IMG/VR virus record: IMGVR_UViG_3300032257_000022
Span: 1-46,363 of that record
Source of the DNA: a virus
Lineage: Duplodnaviria; Caudoviricetes
DNA length: 46,363 nucleotides
Reading direction: 5' to 3' (one strand)
Shown here: piece by piece, positions 44,769 through 46,363 of the stretch
Numbering within the stretch: position 1 is the first letter of the stretch
Layout: each line of letters starts with the position of its first letter
Translations under genes and position numbers: made by a program
The notes under the pieces: model-generated
What the model was told of the DNA's origin: nothing
Database searches by the model: none
The model's input: only the letters and a program-made list of their open reading frames with translations

Positions 44769-45236
44769 TTAGACAGGCCAAGTCGGTGTATTGACTACAT
44801 CATAAGCTTGAATCTCTGGAATAGTTGCCAGTGCGTTAATGGCTTGTCTCGCTGTCCGTCTTGCTGCTCTGATGTCCATAACATTTTGCCAATCAGTGGT
44901 TGGAGAACGAGAACTTCCTATAACACTCCTGAACACATCGAAAGACATATCCACTACAAAATCAATAATATCTTCTTCCAGTAAATCAGCATCAGGATAA
45001 ACAACCACCAGCCTTCTGACATATTCGGCCTTTAGCTCTTTACGCTTTAATCTCTTTTCGTAATTAATCAAGCTGAAATTATCAATGATAGCCTGAATTG
45101 CTAACTCGTCTGTGACATCATCGACGCGCCCTGATTGCTGATGTTCCCAGTGAATCACGCCATCTACATTAACCGTTAAATATCCAGCTTTTCTAATTTC
45201 CCACTTAACGCCTTTCTTATCTAAATTAGTCAGCAT
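44769..45236 (-). CDS. Tail fibre assembly chaperone-like protein
   Basis: Follows a fibre gene; C-terminal INAL.TI.EIQAYDV....WP. Confidence 0.55.
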   Translation of the reverse strand: MLTNLDKKGVKWEIRKAGYLTVNVDGVIHWEHQQSGRVDDVTDELAIQAIIDNFSLINYEKRLKRKELKAEYVRRLVVVYPDADLLEEDIIDFVVDMSFDVFRSVIGSSRSPTTDWQNVMDIRAARRTARQAINALATIPEIQAYDVVNTPTWPV

Positions 45237-46060
45237 TACCCCTGCCTCAATGTGATTACCGGAATCGAATCTGATGTTCTAACTTCATTTGTTAAGTTGG
45301 CTGGATTAGGCATCGCTGCATACGTGTAGTCACCGTAGATTGCACCAAAGTTCTGAACTTGCGATCCTGTAAAATTAAGACCTAAGCATGTGCCACCTAT
45401 AGAATCATTCGGCATACCTTCAAATACGGGTGCGCCATCCGTTGTAATACCAATAAAGTATTCAGTCTTAGTTAAATCCGCTGAACCTCCATCGAAGGTA
45501 AATACCTGAAGTCCTGCAACCCCTACTGCTGTAGAGGTGTCGTGCACCTCCAATAGGTTATGTGGCAAACCGTCCTTAACGTCATATAAACCTAATCGAA
45601 CATTTCCTGATTGAGTATCAACATCTAAGACAAACGCATCATGAGGGCCGGGATACTCAACCTTGTGTGCTATGTACCAGATTTCTCCATTATCTACCGA
45701 GCTTGCTGAACCTGCCGCTTGCTCTGAGTGATACGGGTGCAGGAAGTAAGCACCAGCAAACCCCTGAACGGTCTCTTCTGCTTCCATAGATGAAGAGCCA
45801 ACCCATACCTCTGCTGACGTTGTGACGGTTAAAGCCGAGCCTGTAGAGCTGTCGTGGAAAGTCTCGCGCACAAAAGTGGACGCTGCAGATAGGTATGCTT
45901 TCCCTGTTTCCCATGCTGCGCCATCTCGGATAACGTAAGGAAATCGAATGTCGACAGCGATCTTGCTGTTAATAGTCCCGTAATTAGTAACCGCGCCCCC
46001 AAGAGTTAAATTACTAGCCCCGCCAACCGAAACGGATTCTTTTAAGAAATCAGCTATCAT
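45236..46060 (-). CDS. Tail fibre / receptor-binding protein, tail cassette B
   Basis: N-terminal AD..KE....G...LTL.GA...WETG...RET...SS anchor domain followed by a beta-rich domain. Confidence 0.65.
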   Translation of the reverse strand: MIADFLKESVSVGGASNLTLGGAVTNYGTINSKIAVDIRFPYVIRDGAAWETGKAYLSAASTFVRETFHDSSTGSALTVTTSAEVWVGSSSMEAEETVQGFAGAYFLHPYHSEQAAGSASSVDNGEIWYIAHKVEYPGPHDAFVLDVDTQSGNVRLGLYDVKDGLPHNLLEVHDTSTAVGVAGLQVFTFDGGSADLTKTEYFIGITTDGAPVFEGMPNDSIGGTCLGLNFTGSQVQNFGAIYGDYTYAAMPNPANLTNEVRTSDSIPVITLRQG

Positions 46061-46070
46061 ATAACACCTA

Positions 46071-46363
46071 TTAAGCTATTGTGAATAAACCTGAGGCATT
46101 CCAAGTGACGGTTAGATCACCTGCAGTCATGTCTACTGGGCCACCTAGATCAATAAAACACAGGGCATCTTTACCTGCATCTGTAAAGTTATAGACTATT
46201 GCCCAGTAAGCATCCACATCATTGGACGCATCCTGCGCCCATGTTGGATTAGTTCCACTATCAAAGGTCATTGTGCCTGCAGCCTCTGATACGAGAGTAG
46301 ACAAGGCCCCTAGGGATGTCCCGTTAGCTACATAAGTACCTGCAGCACCTACCTCTGTAAAGT
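46071..46363 (-). CDS. Second allele of the 824-1258 gene (5' part beyond the window end)
   Basis: Protein identical over the visible part except L to I (WALVY versus WAIVY). Confidence 0.9.
   Translation of the reverse strand, partial: FTEVGAAGTYVANGTSLGALSTLVSEAAGTMTFDSGTNPTWAQDASNDVDAYWAIVYNFTDAGKDALCFIDLGGPVDMTAGDLTVTWNASGLFTIA

Noticed and set aside
46237-46363. End repeat as a biological direct terminal repeat
   Set aside because: It matches an internal position (990-1116), lies mid-gene, and is exactly 127 nt, which fits an assembler k-mer overlap.

Overview
The window is a near-complete ~45 kb lytic podovirus genome with no RNA polymerase gene. Its capsid, portal, terminase and tail proteins and its two-arm layout resemble the VpV262/SIO1-like group (Zobellviridae-like); this is by recognition, not database search. 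A minus-strand morphogenesis arm (about 23000 down to 1, continuing from 46363 down to 43221) carries terminase, portal, scaffold, capsid, tail tube proteins, internal virion proteins, several fibre/spike proteins, two sulfotransferase-like genes, a holin and spanins. A plus-strand early/replication arm (24066-43066) carries many small genes, a CobT-like vWA plus CobS-like AAA+ pair, separate primase and helicase, a family A DNA polymerase split into two genes, a probable SSB, a Cas4-like nuclease, a RuvC-like resolvase, a lysozyme and Lar-like proteins. The arms diverge from a largely non-coding control region at 23.1-25.3 kb. The most striking unexplained signals are: (1) a 14-bp palindrome, YGHYCYTARGRDCR, found 22 times at fairly even spacing across the genome, including inside essential genes; (2) a second palindrome, TTCTAA-N4-TTAGAA, found 8-10 times only in the control region and early arm; (3) a four-box array before the first early gene; (4) two paralogous CX8CX4CX2C mini-proteins, one coupled to each polymerase half; and (5) two different tail cassettes downstream of two alleles of the same gene at the contig ends.
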